Position numbers and translations under genes: made by a program. Shown one piece after another: positions 18,693 to 28,002 of a stretch of 64,000 bases of DNA. The DNA comes from Planctomycetota bacterium (GTDB taxonomy: Bacteria > Planctomycetota > Planctomycetia > Pirellulales > UBA1268). The stretch lies in the NCBI GenBank assembly GCA_031403195.1, contig JANNSZ010000061.1:1653-65652 (forward strand), in the 5' to 3' direction. The first letter of the stretch is position 1. The number at the start of each line of letters is the position of its first letter. The notes under the pieces are model-generated. The model saw only the letters and a list, made by a program, of their open reading frames with translations, did not search any database and was not told the origin of the DNA.

Positions 18693-18795
18693 TCAACCCC
18701 GATCGAGTACGCTCATCGAGGGCCGATCAGCCACGACCGCGTCGCGAACGTGCCGTGGAGCGTCCTCTTCTTTCTCCCCGTGGAGCCTCCAGCCC

Positions 18796-19284
18796 ATGAA
18801 TGCCAAGGCCCTGCTCGATTACAACCTCGGTATGACCGATATGGTGGTGAACGCCTACCTGGGCGACCTCACCGACGCGGACATGCTCGTGCGTCCGGTA
18901 CCAGGGATGAACCACATCGCGTGGCAGCTTGGCCACCTCATCGTGTCCGAGAACCGTCTCCTCAGCATGGTGAAGCCCGGCTCCGCACCCACGCTTCCCG
19001 AAGGCTTCGACGGGCAGTATTCCAAGCAGACCGCGAACATCGACGACGCGACGAAGTTCCATACCAAGGCCCGGCTCCTGGACCTCTATAACCAGCACCG
19101 CGAAGCCACCAAAAAGGTGATCGCGGAGTCCACCGACACCGACCTCGAGCACGCTGGGCCGCAGTTCCCCGACTACGCCCCCTCGGCCGGTGCGGTGCTG
19201 GCCTTGTGCGCGAACCACCCCATGATGCACGCCGGTCAGTGGGTAGCGGTGCGTCGCATGCTCGGCAAGCCAGTGACGATCTAA
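18796..19284 (+). CDS. DinB-superfamily protein
   Basis: ATG 18796 inside ORF 18568..19284: MNAKALLDYNLGMTDMVVNAYLGDLTDADMLVRP..MNHIAWQLGHL...HPMMHAGQ. This shows the four-helix DinB pattern with conserved His residues. Confidence 0.8.
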   Translation: MNAKALLDYNLGMTDMVVNAYLGDLTDADMLVRPVPGMNHIAWQLGHLIVSENRLLSMVKPGSAPTLPEGFDGQYSKQTANIDDATKFHTKARLLDLYNQHREATKKVIAESTDTDLEHAGPQFPDYAPSAGAVLALCANHPMMHAGQWVAVRRMLGKPVTI

Positions 19285-19449
19285 ACCCCGAACCGTCGGG
19301 ACGCGGGTGCACGCTTCAACAAACGTGGTCTTCTGCCTTTCGCCCAAAGTTTATGACTGCTTTGGACTCGGGCGAGGGAAAGGACGCGTCGCCGTGAAGC
19401 GGGCCGCACAGCGCCGCGGCAGATACGTGAAGACACACGGAACTGTCTG

Positions 19450-20166
19450 ATGGCTCGAGAAGAGGGAACCATGCCGCACAACAAAATCATCGTCGTCACG
19501 CTCTACAACCGGCCTCAATACACGAGCGAAACACTGGGTGCCCTGGGCCGGTGTGACGGCATCAACGACTACAAGGTCCTGATCCATGTTGACCCGGGCA
19601 ACAGCGAGGTCCAGCGCCTGGCCAACACATGGCTCCACATGAACAAGGAAGTGTTCACGAACCACACCCGCATCGGCTGCAATCAGAACATCTTCGGTGC
19701 CCTCAACCACGGGTTCCGCGAGTCCGACTACGTCATCATTTTCGAAGACGACTGTGTCCCGTCGTGGGACTGCCTGCGGTACTTCGAGTGGGCCGCCGAG
19801 AGGTATTGCGACGACAAGGACGTGTTCACGGTCGCGTCGTACCGCAACGCCACCGAGCCGCCCGAGACGTGGTGGCAGGTCCATCGCGAACGATGGTTCA
19901 CGCCGTGGGGCTGGGCTACCTGGCGTGACCGATGGCCCGAGATGAGTCGCACCTGGGGCATCGGCACGACCGATTCCTGGGACGTGATCGTGAACCGGGT
20001 CCGCGGCAGCCGGTGCCAGATCACGCCACACCTGGCTCGCACTCAGAACATCGGCGCCGAGAACGGACAGCACGTCCCAGGCCCCGAGTGGCACCGAACG
20101 AACCAGTTCAACGCCTTCTGGTCGGGCAGCGTGAACATCAACGAGATCCACCCCTTCACGGAGTAA
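19450..20166 (+). CDS. GT-A fold glycosyltransferase (GNT-I-like)
   Basis: IIVVTLYNRPQYTSETLGAL, the DxD-type motif IIFEDDCVPS, WFTPWGWATWRDRW and ARTQNIGAENGQH resemble GNT-I/GT-A family transferases. Confidence 0.6.
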   Translation: MAREEGTMPHNKIIVVTLYNRPQYTSETLGALGRCDGINDYKVLIHVDPGNSEVQRLANTWLHMNKEVFTNHTRIGCNQNIFGALNHGFRESDYVIIFEDDCVPSWDCLRYFEWAAERYCDDKDVFTVASYRNATEPPETWWQVHRERWFTPWGWATWRDRWPEMSRTWGIGTTDSWDVIVNRVRGSRCQITPHLARTQNIGAENGQHVPGPEWHRTNQFNAFWSGSVNINEIHPFTE

Positions 20167-20169
20167 CGA

Positions 20170-20316
20170 ATGTTCGGCACACTTGTGAAGGCCTACCCGC
20201 AGCTCGCGTCCAACCTGGACCGTCGTTTTTCGATCCATCTCGGGTGCGGGCCTGACAAGTCGATCACAGGCGGCAGGCCTGGCATCGACACCTACCGATG
20301 GCAACGGCGTGTTTGA
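20170..20316 (+). pseudogene. N-terminal stub of a class I SAM-dependent methyltransferase
   Basis: 48 codons starting 3 nt after the GT stop: MFGTLVKAYPQLASNLDRRFSIHLGCGPDKSITGGRPGIDTYRWQRRV*. IHLGCG...ID is the motif I region. The reading frame ends where the IS91-like sequence begins. Confidence 0.4.
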
Positions 20317-20328
20317 CCGCCGTCAACA

Positions 20329-21081
20329 GTGGAGCATTTCGGCCGCGTGATCGGCGGTCGCGACGACAAGCCCGAGCGAATCCGCTACACGCTCCCGCGG
20401 CACAGCCGCGGGCAGTGGGTCGGGCCGGGGCGGAACAAGAAGCCGACGGCTCCTGACGCGCAGGGCGTGGTAAACCTCTCGCCGTCTGAGTTTCTCGATC
20501 GCCTTGCGGATCTGGTGCCGCCGCCTCGAAGGCACCGGCATCCCACCGGCAGGATGCCGGATTGCGGTCGAGCCAGACCTTGGCTCTGGCATTGACCGCG
20601 AGGCGGCAGGGGACATGGATGGACCTGCCGCCCTGGAGCAAGCTATGGCGTGTTTGCACCGAATCATCCGCTGCGACCGCTTGTGACGGCGCTGGCGATT
20701 GGGAACGCCGGGAAGTCCGCGGGCACGGCGACCAGTGAGCCTCACGCAGGGAGGCTACCCGCGGAAGCACTCGCTGCCGAGCGTCGTTCCCACGACACAT
20801 CCCGCATCGCGTGGGCCAAACTCCTCGCCCGGATCGCCGAGGCGTTCCCGCTTGCGTGCCCGGCCTGCGGTGGCGACATCCGGCTCATTGCCTTCATCAC
20901 CGATCCGGGGCCAATCAGAAGAATCCTCGCGCACGTCAGCGAGCCGGTGGAGCCACCTCCGGTCTCTCCCGCGCGAGGGCCCCCGACTGACTGGGGTGAG
21001 CTCGTGCAGGTCCTGGACGACCGCGATGTCGTCCAGGACTCGTCCGATGAGCTGCCCGTGACTGACATCCACTCGCTCTGA
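20329..21081 (+). pseudogene. IS91-family (Y2 HUH rolling-circle) transposase, C-terminal part only, frame-disrupted
   Basis: ORF 20329..20595 carries ...RIRYTLPR...GVVNLSPSEFLDRLADLVPPPRRHRH. After about 115 nt of unrelated sequence and a frame change, ORF 20650..21081 continues (Y)GVFAPNHPLR...RIAWAKLLARIAEAFPLACPACGGDIRLIAFITDPGPIRRILAHV. Both blocks match the conserved C-terminal region of IS91-type transposases as I remember it. No N-terminal catalytic part is present. Confidence 0.6.
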
Positions 21082-21274
21082 ACCGCCTCCCGCGGGCACG
21101 CGTGGAGCCGGTCTGCGCCAGGCCTGAAAAACGGTGGTCTCACGGAGGGATTGTGGGGGCGTCCGAGGCCATCCGTCACGTCGCAAAACAGCCGCAGACC
21201 GATACGGCTACCATCCATCGATGGTCGTCTGCCATCACCCTGTTGCGGAAGTGTCGTTGACCGTCCTATCCTTC
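20329..21274 (+). mobile_element. IS91-like element remnant, copy 2 (transposase 3-prime part plus about 190-nt non-coding end)
   Basis: The non-coding tail 21082-21274 is duplicated at 18358-18517. It contains the palindrome CCATCGATGG. The element ends 1 nt before the stop codon of the esterase gene at 21276. Confidence 0.6.
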
Positions 21275-21275
21275 T

Positions 21276-22196
21276 CTATTTCGCCCGCTTCTTGGCTTTC
21301 GTCAGCCGCTCGATGATCGGATCGAGCTTCTCGCGGGCGCTCGCGATCACCTTGGATGAAAGACCGTTTTCGCTCAGCGGCTCGCGATCGCGGGCTTTCT
21401 GAGCAAGCTCAAGTGCTTCCTCCTTCTTCCGCTTCCGCTCGAGTTTCGGTACCTCGTCGAGCACGCCTTGGTAATACGGGATGAGATCGGTGGCCACGAG
21501 GAAACACTCTTCGGTCATCTGCTTCGCCTCATTGCACTGCGAGTGCCCCACCTTGGGAAAAAACATCGAGTCCATGAAGAAGCCGGCCTGCTTCGCCTCG
21601 GCCTCGAAGAGCTTGGCCCAGTCGAGCCGACCATAGGCTGCTTCGGGAAAACTCTTGGCCGTGTCGTTCTCGCCGCAGGACATCACAAACGGGATGCTGC
21701 TGGCACGGGGATTGACGCCGCCTGTCTCCCATGTCCCTCCAGAGTGTGCCGCACAGCCCGCCACGAGTTCTGGATGCTTCAGCATGAACCGGTGGGCGTA
21801 TTGCGACCCGCCCGAGAAACCGGCGATAAAGAGCTTGGGGTGGAGTTTGTGCGTCTTGCCGATTTCCTTCGCGACGGCAATCAACTGCTCGTCGCTTTGA
21901 TGCGCGAGCCCTTGGTATCCCTCATTGGGAAACGACGGCCCGACGACGATGCAGTCGTACTTGTCGGCCCAACCCGTGAGCCCTCCCGCTCCCTTGCCAT
22001 TTCCCTTGTACCCGTGGACGCCAACGACCAGCCAGTACGTCTTCGCCGGATCGACCTTGGTCGGAAGGTAGACAAAATATTCCCGACCGGTGAGTGGATC
22101 TTTGAGTGGCGTGTCGTCTGCTATGACGAAGCCGTGCGACCCGAGCGCGAACACGAGCCCTACCACCAGGACCGCGATCGATGGATACCGCGTCAT
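21276..22196 (-). CDS. secreted alpha/beta hydrolase (esterase / PHB-depolymerase-like)
   Basis: Signal peptide MTRYPSIAVLVVGLVFALGSHGFVIA. VGVHGYKGNG, nucleophile elbow IAGFSGGSQYAH and AAHSGG. The ORF opens at 22250, but ATG 22196 gives the signal peptide. Confidence 0.78.
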   Translation of the reverse strand: MTRYPSIAVLVVGLVFALGSHGFVIADDTPLKDPLTGREYFVYLPTKVDPAKTYWLVVGVHGYKGNGKGAGGLTGWADKYDCIVVGPSFPNEGYQGLAHQSDEQLIAVAKEIGKTHKLHPKLFIAGFSGGSQYAHRFMLKHPELVAGCAAHSGGTWETGGVNPRASSIPFVMSCGENDTAKSFPEAAYGRLDWAKLFEAEAKQAGFFMDSMFFPKVGHSQCNEAKQMTEECFLVATDLIPYYQGVLDEVPKLERKRKKEEALELAQKARDREPLSENGLSSKVIASAREKLDPIIERLTKAKKRAK

Positions 22197-22274
22197 AAGG
22201 CCTCCCTGTCGGCAATGTTCGGGGCCACGTTCCCCGCGGATGGCTGGCATTTCAATGCCCGTGTGATCGTGAGT

Positions 22275-23696
22275 CTACTCAGCCGCCAGCGGGCACGCGA
22301 GGATCACGCGGAGGTCGGCAACGTTCGTGCCGGTGGGCCCGGTCATCACCAGGCCGTCGACGGCTTCCAGCAGTGAACGCGCATCGCACCGGGCGGCGGC
22401 ATGCGTGGCATCGAAGCCGCCCGCCGTGATCCGCTGGGCCACGAGGGCATCGGCGATGCCGCCGGCTGCATCAGTCGGCCCATCCTCGCCATCGGTGCCG
22501 ATGCTCGTGAGCGCGAGGCCTCGCGGCCACTCGCAGCCGGCGCCGAGGATCGCCGCCAGCGCAGCGACGATCGTTTGCTGGTTGCGGCCTCCCTGGCCGT
22601 GATCCGCCGGAAGGCACACGACCGCCTCGCCTCCCTCGACGAGCGCCCTCGGCCGGCCATCGCCGGCCGCGGCGGCTCGTAGCGCGAGCCCTTCATGGGC
22701 GAGGCGTCGGCCGACCTCGTCTGCTGTCTCGCTGGTATCGGGGTGTGCGTGGCGGACAGTCACGTCGTAGCCAAGTCGCCGAGCTGCCACTGCCGCAGCA
22801 TCGACCGCGGTCACATTGCTGCCAACGAGCACATGCTCCACGCGGCACCCACGAGGCGGCACCCATGAGCCGGGCGGCAATCGCTCCGGCTGCTCGGATC
22901 GAATGGGGGATCGGGAACCAGTTTCACCCAACAGTGCCACAAGCCTGGGCGCGATGCCCGCTGCAACGGCCCCATACCGCTCGAGCAGAGCCAGCGCCAG
23001 CGCGGCGTCGGCCGCCACGGGCATGCACGGCCCCGATGCGATCGCCTCCAGCGGGTCGCCGATCACGTCGGAAAGCACAAGCACGAGCATCCGGCCGGCT
23101 GAGCAGGCTCGTGCCAGGCCACCCCCTTTCACGTCACTAGCCGCCTGGCGGACCGCATTGATGTCGGTGATCGGCGCTCCGGCCGACGCCAGGAATCGTG
23201 CGAGGGCGATTTTTTCTTCAAGCGGCACGCCGGCTCGCGGGGCTGCCAACAGTGCCGAGCCGCCACCACTGATGACCGCAATGACAACGTCATCGGCCTC
23301 GAGCGATCCCACGAGAGCCAGCATCTCCCGTGTGGCCGCCTCGGCAGCCAGCGTGGGGACGTTTTGCGTTGCGGGGCGGGTTTCCCGCACATCGACGCCG
23401 GGTACAAGCCGCCCAGAGCCCTGCGGCACACTCACGATTCCCTGGATGCGGCTCTCTCCAACGCCGCCACGCAGCAGGACGTCCACGAGCCCCGCCGCCA
23501 TGCCGGCTGCGGCCTTGCCCCCGCCTACGATCACGATGCGTCCGCGACCATCGACGCGCAGCGGCGTGTTCAGCGGCTGACCGGCGAGAAGCAAGGCGCC
23601 CTGCACGATGGCACACCGACCCGCCACGAGCGACTCAGGATTGATCGCGCGAAGCGCCGCCGTGAGGATCGCCCCGATGTCGTCGCGCGCGATCAC
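22275..23696 (-). CDS. glycerate 2-kinase / hydroxypyruvate reductase family (DUF4147 + MOFRL domains)
   Basis: GRIVIVGGGKAAAGMAAGL, VISGGGSALL, GGEAVVCL and GTDGEDGPTDAAG are typical of MOFRL glycerate kinases. The GTG start overlaps the upstream stop (GTGA). Confidence 0.85.
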   Translation of the reverse strand: MIARDDIGAILTAALRAINPESLVAGRCAIVQGALLLAGQPLNTPLRVDGRGRIVIVGGGKAAAGMAAGLVDVLLRGGVGESRIQGIVSVPQGSGRLVPGVDVRETRPATQNVPTLAAEAATREMLALVGSLEADDVVIAVISGGGSALLAAPRAGVPLEEKIALARFLASAGAPITDINAVRQAASDVKGGGLARACSAGRMLVLVLSDVIGDPLEAIASGPCMPVAADAALALALLERYGAVAAGIAPRLVALLGETGSRSPIRSEQPERLPPGSWVPPRGCRVEHVLVGSNVTAVDAAAVAARRLGYDVTVRHAHPDTSETADEVGRRLAHEGLALRAAAAGDGRPRALVEGGEAVVCLPADHGQGGRNQQTIVAALAAILGAGCEWPRGLALTSIGTDGEDGPTDAAGGIADALVAQRITAGGFDATHAAARCDARSLLEAVDGLVMTGPTGTNVADLRVILACPLAAE

Positions 23697-24547
23697 AGGT
23701 CGCGCCCACCAGAAAAGTTCTTGGGGTCGAAGCGGGACAGGTCGATGCCTCCGCGGCCTTCTTCTTCAAGAAGCTTCAACCGCATTTCGAGCCGTTCGAG
23801 CCGCCTGGCGAGCATGGCTGGCGAGTCCTGCGACGGAGCCGCTGGCTTGACCCGTGGTATGACCGGGTAGCCGAGCTGACGCTGGAGCGCCGCAAAAAAG
23901 AAGAGGGGATCCTTGCCACGGTTGGCGCGGGCGATCCGTCCCTCCTTCTCACCGAAGAGGATCTGACGGTCGGGCTCGGACGCGGCGCGGCCGGCGAGGA
24001 GCGCGTCACGCTTTTCAAGCCGCCAATACTCAGGGCTCCGCACAAACACGAGATCAGCCAGATCGACGAGTCCGACCTGCCGCGCGACCGTACTGATCCA
24101 TCCCTTCCAGTGCTCGTCAAAAATGTCGTCGGTGGCAACTGCGGCGAGGCCATGGCCGTAGTCCAGGCGATTCCGCGAGAGGCACTCGAAGCGATAGAAG
24201 AACAGCCCCTGTGGCGTCACGCCCTCGGCGCGGTACGTCGCCTCCCGTTCGAGCATCGCCAGTGCCGTGCGGATGTCGAACCTTCCTCCCTCTTCTTCAG
24301 CCGCGGCAAATACAAAGGTCTGGAACGCGGTGAAGTAGTGCGGCAGGCGTGCGAGCGCCGTGGAGAGTGTGCCGACGAGTTTGAGCTCACTGACGAGATA
24401 GCCGATGGCCAGGGGTAGCTTGGAGGTGGCGAGGACCTCCTGGCCGATGGCGGCCAGGGCCTCTTGGGAGGCAATTCCGGCGGTCACTCGCTCCCCGAAC
24501 GACCGGAACAGATAGGCCTGTTCGATGTATTCCTCGCGGTCGAGCAT
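23693..24547 (-). CDS. conserved hypothetical protein
   Basis: ATG 24547 (MLDREEYIEQAYLFRSF...) inside ORF 23693..24937. The upstream 130 codons of that ORF are R/S/A-rich and overlap ribBA antisense. The sequence is protein-like and coupled to the glycerate kinase gene. Confidence 0.55.
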   Translation of the reverse strand: MLDREEYIEQAYLFRSFGERVTAGIASQEALAAIGQEVLATSKLPLAIGYLVSELKLVGTLSTALARLPHYFTAFQTFVFAAAEEEGGRFDIRTALAMLEREATYRAEGVTPQGLFFYRFECLSRNRLDYGHGLAAVATDDIFDEHWKGWISTVARQVGLVDLADLVFVRSPEYWRLEKRDALLAGRAASEPDRQILFGEKEGRIARANRGKDPLFFFAALQRQLGYPVIPRVKPAAPSQDSPAMLARRLERLEMRLKLLEEEGRGGIDLSRFDPKNFSGGRDL

Positions 24548-24659
24548 AGGGATTGCCCTTGGAAGCGGGCTCATCGACACATGGAAACCGTCGGCGACCC
24601 GTGCCGCCATCCTATAATCAGTCTGCTCGGGCTGGCAGAGGTGCCGCCGACGTGCCACC

Positions 24660-25892
24660 GTGGTCACCGATTTTCGGCTCCTGATGTCTACCCGTTTTTC
24701 CGCGATCGACGCTGGTGTGGCCGCCATTGGCCGAGGCGAGGTCGTGATTGTCGTCGATGCCGAAGACCGTGAGAACGAAGGGGATTTTGTGTGTGCGGCC
24801 GATGCCGCCACGCCGGGGATCGTGAACTTCATGATCAGCCGAGGCCGAGGCCAGCTCTGTCTCTCGATTCTCCCCGACGTGGCCGAGCGTCTCGAACTGC
24901 CGATGATGTGTGAGACCAACTCCACGCCGCTCGGCACGGCCTTTACGGTCCCGGTCGATCACAAGACATCCAAAACAGGCATCACCGCCGCCGAGCGTGC
25001 CACGACGATCGCCGCGATCCTCGATCCCGAGAGCCGCCCGAGCGATTTCCTGAGGCCGGGCCATCTCTTTCCGCTTGTAGCGAAGGAAGGGGGCGTGCTC
25101 AGGCGAGCCGGTCATACCGAGGCGGCAGTCGACCTCGCGCGGCTGGCAGGGCGGCCGCCAGCGGGCGTGCTCTGCGAGATCCTCGACTCCGAAGGCAACC
25201 GCGCCGATCATGACACGCTCTTCGCGCTGGCCCGTGAGCATGGCCTCGAGATCATTTCGATCGAGGAGTTGATCCGGTACCGTCGCACGCGTGAAAAACT
25301 GGTCGAGCGGATTGCTGAGGCCGATCTTCCGACGCGCTACGGCCGATTCCGGATCATCGGCTACGGCGTCAAATTCGAGAGCCAGCAGCCAATCGTGCTC
25401 GTGCTCGGTGACCCGAAGCAGGTGGCCGCGCCGCTCGTGCGGCTGCACTCGTCCTGTTTTACCGGCGACCTGCTCGACAGCCTGCGGTGTGACTGCGGCG
25501 ACCAGCTTCACATGGCCCTCGACATGATCGCTCGCGAGGGCGCTGGCGTGCTCGTGTATCTGCCACAGGAAGGCCGCGGCATCGGCCTCATGGAAAAACT
25601 CCGGGCCTACGCGCTCCAGGACCAAGGGCTTGATACGGTAGAAGCCAATCTCGCACTCGGCTTCAAGGCAGACGCCCGTGACTATGGTGTCGGAATCCAG
25701 CTCTTGAAGGATCTCGGCCTCACGAAGGTGCGGCTCCTCACCAACAACCCCAAGAAGACCGACGCCTTCATTTATGGCGGCTTTGATCTCGAAGTGGTCG
25801 ACCAGGTGCCGATCCTGCCGCCGGTCAACGAACACAACGAGAAGTACCTCGCGACCAAACGCGAGAAGCTCGGCCACCGCTTCCCGGGGTAG
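24660..25892 (+). CDS. ribBA: bifunctional 3,4-dihydroxy-2-butanone-4-phosphate synthase / GTP cyclohydrolase II
   Basis: RibB part: VVIVVDAEDRENEGDFVCAA, GHTEAAVDLARLAG. RibA part: VRLHSSCFTGDLLDSLRCDCGDQL, QEGRGIGL. Possible alternative start at ATG 24684. Confidence 0.93.
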   Translation: MVTDFRLLMSTRFSAIDAGVAAIGRGEVVIVVDAEDRENEGDFVCAADAATPGIVNFMISRGRGQLCLSILPDVAERLELPMMCETNSTPLGTAFTVPVDHKTSKTGITAAERATTIAAILDPESRPSDFLRPGHLFPLVAKEGGVLRRAGHTEAAVDLARLAGRPPAGVLCEILDSEGNRADHDTLFALAREHGLEIISIEELIRYRRTREKLVERIAEADLPTRYGRFRIIGYGVKFESQQPIVLVLGDPKQVAAPLVRLHSSCFTGDLLDSLRCDCGDQLHMALDMIAREGAGVLVYLPQEGRGIGLMEKLRAYALQDQGLDTVEANLALGFKADARDYGVGIQLLKDLGLTKVRLLTNNPKKTDAFIYGGFDLEVVDQVPILPPVNEHNEKYLATKREKLGHRFPG

Positions 25893-25986
25893 CTGGCCTG
25901 GCACGCGGTTGACCCGGCTCGGCTCGCGGCCGTAGCATCGCTGTTTTCCGGGCGCACCAGTCGCCCGAAGCCCCTGGGAGCCAGGC

Positions 25987-28002
25987 ATGCCGGCCCTCTC
26001 TCGATCTGTTTGGAAGCCCGTTCGCCTTCTGGTGGGCTTTGTGATCGGACTGGCGGTCCTGGGCGGTGTCGGCTGCGGACGGACGCCCGCCGAGCCGCAG
26101 CTCAAGCCTGAACCGGTGCTGACGCCGCACACGGGCGAGACCCCGCCGCCATCCACGACCGTGCTTTCGAACGGTACCGCCGGCGACCCCGTGGAAGATC
26201 CGGCGTCGCCGCAGCCCGAGGCACCGTTCTCGCCGCCGTTGCTCGAGGACCTCGAGCGGGATGCCAAGTGGATCGACCGTCCCGTCCGCGACGCAGTTGC
26301 GGATCTCGCCGCAGAGCTGGCCAAGGAGCCGCTGCTAGCAACCCCCGCCGAGGCACTCGCCCTGCGGAACAATTCGTCTGAAAACAACGCCAAGATTCTC
26401 TCGGCGCTCGGGCGACTGCCTGCGGAGGGCGAGGCCGACTACGGGACACGCGTCAACCGCCATCTCTCCGGTGACCTCAACAGCTCAAACCCGATCCTGG
26501 CCAGTTCTGCTGCCGAACAAGACGTGCTCGGGCTGACAGGCTTCGGCATTTTTTCGTTCGACCGTCATCTCGAGCCATTTGCTGCCTCCGAGACGGTCGA
26601 AACGTGGCAGACAAGTGTGGACGGCACGCTCGACAAGGTCGTGCTCCGCGAAGACATTCTCTGGAGTGATGGCCAGCGGATCACCGCCCACGACATCGCC
26701 TTTAGCTACAAGGTCATCATGGATGAGCGGGTGCCAGTGCCCGCAGTGCGAAACGGGACGGACCAGCTTCGCGGTGTGCATGCCTACGACGACCGCACGA
26801 TTATCTTCTTCCACAGGGCGGCGCTCGCCACGAATGTCTGGAACATCAACTTCCCGGTGATTCCCGAGCACGTCTACGGTGAGACTTGGGAAGACGACCC
26901 CACGCTCAAGGACAGCCCGCGACACGTTGAGCTCGAAACGAAGCCCGTCTGCGGTGGCGCCTATGAGATCGTCAAGCGCGAGCGTGGCCAGGAGATTCTC
27001 CTGCGCGCCCGCGAGAGCTGGCACACCGTGGGAGGCAAGAACGTCCGCCCGAAGCCTTTTTTCAACGAGATCCGTTTCCGGATTATCGAAGATCCCAACA
27101 CCGCCCTCCTCGCACTCAAAAAGGGCGAAGTCGATGAGATGGCGCTCACGCCCGAGCAGTGGACCACCCAGACGATCTCACCCGACTTCTACGCCCAGAA
27201 CACGAAAGCCACCGATCTCGAGTGGGTCTCATTTCACTTCGTGTGGAACACCAGGCGACCCTACTTCACCGACCGCCGTGTCCGCCGAGCGATGAGCCAT
27301 GCCTTTGATCACGAGCGGATGCTCGAGACGATCTGTCACGGGCTGTACACACCATGCACGGGAAACTTTCACCCCACGGCCTGGATGTCTTCGAAGAAAC
27401 CGACCGAGCCCTACCGACAGGATCTCGACCGGGCCGAAGCGCTGCTCGATGAGGCCGGGTGGGTCGATCACGACAACGATGGGATTCGGGATCGTGAGAT
27501 CGATGGAACGAGCGTGCCCTTTGAGTTCACCGTGCTGTGCAGCCAGCAGCCTATCGCCCTGGAGATCTGCACGCTCCTCCAGCAGAGCCTCGATCAGATC
27601 GGCGTCCGTGTGAACGTGAGGCCCCTGGAATACACGGTTCTCCAACAGCTCGAACTCGAACGAGACTTCGACGCCGCGTTCGGCGGCTGGGGCACCGGCA
27701 CCGACCCCGACACCTCCTCGAACATCTGGGCCACCGGTGAGGCGCGGAACTATGGCAGCTACTCGAACCCCGAGGTGGATCAGTTATTCGCCGATGGCCG
27801 CGCCGAGCTGGATCGATCCAGGAGAGCCGAGAAGTACGCCCGCATTCAAGAGATCCTGTGGGAAGACCAGCCCTACACCTGGCTCTATTGGCGGAACTCC
27901 TTCTACGGCTTCTCCAAAGACGTCCGTGGCTACGTCTTCAGTCCGCGCGGGCCCTTTCATTACTCACCGGGCTTCGGCAGCCTCTGGAAGCCTGCACCAT
28001 GA
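25987..28002 (+). CDS. ABC transporter substrate-binding lipoprotein, peptide/nickel (family 5, OppA/DppA-like)
   Basis: Lipobox LGGVGC, 671 aa, and family-5 SBP features (WSDGQRITAHDIAFSY, NPRMT-like region, DPDTSSNIW). It is the first gene of a 5-gene operon. Confidence 0.85.
   Translation: MPALSRSVWKPVRLLVGFVIGLAVLGGVGCGRTPAEPQLKPEPVLTPHTGETPPPSTTVLSNGTAGDPVEDPASPQPEAPFSPPLLEDLERDAKWIDRPVRDAVADLAAELAKEPLLATPAEALALRNNSSENNAKILSALGRLPAEGEADYGTRVNRHLSGDLNSSNPILASSAAEQDVLGLTGFGIFSFDRHLEPFAASETVETWQTSVDGTLDKVVLREDILWSDGQRITAHDIAFSYKVIMDERVPVPAVRNGTDQLRGVHAYDDRTIIFFHRAALATNVWNINFPVIPEHVYGETWEDDPTLKDSPRHVELETKPVCGGAYEIVKRERGQEILLRARESWHTVGGKNVRPKPFFNEIRFRIIEDPNTALLALKKGEVDEMALTPEQWTTQTISPDFYAQNTKATDLEWVSFHFVWNTRRPYFTDRRVRRAMSHAFDHERMLETICHGLYTPCTGNFHPTAWMSSKKPTEPYRQDLDRAEALLDEAGWVDHDNDGIRDREIDGTSVPFEFTVLCSQQPIALEICTLLQQSLDQIGVRVNVRPLEYTVLQQLELERDFDAAFGGWGTGTDPDTSSNIWATGEARNYGSYSNPEVDQLFADGRAELDRSRRAEKYARIQEILWEDQPYTWLYWRNSFYGFSKDVRGYVFSPRGPFHYSPGFGSLWKPAP

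Noticed and set aside
24548-24683. Possible FMN (RFN) riboswitch upstream of ribBA
   Set aside because: The spacer is only about 110-135 nt, and I could not find the conserved RFN core segments I remember. Only a lone TATAAT at 24613-24618 stands out, which is not rare enough to call a promoter with confidence.
24618-26393. 591-aa minus-strand ORF, plus similar long ORFs (9227..10537 -, 12330..13448 +, 31152..32612 -, 34535..35686 -, 50024..51178 -, 62984..63973 -)
   Set aside because: They lie antisense to ORFs with unmistakable family motifs (ribBA, KS, ABC ATPase and others). Their translations are R/A/G/P-rich low complexity, as expected for shadow ORFs in high-GC DNA.
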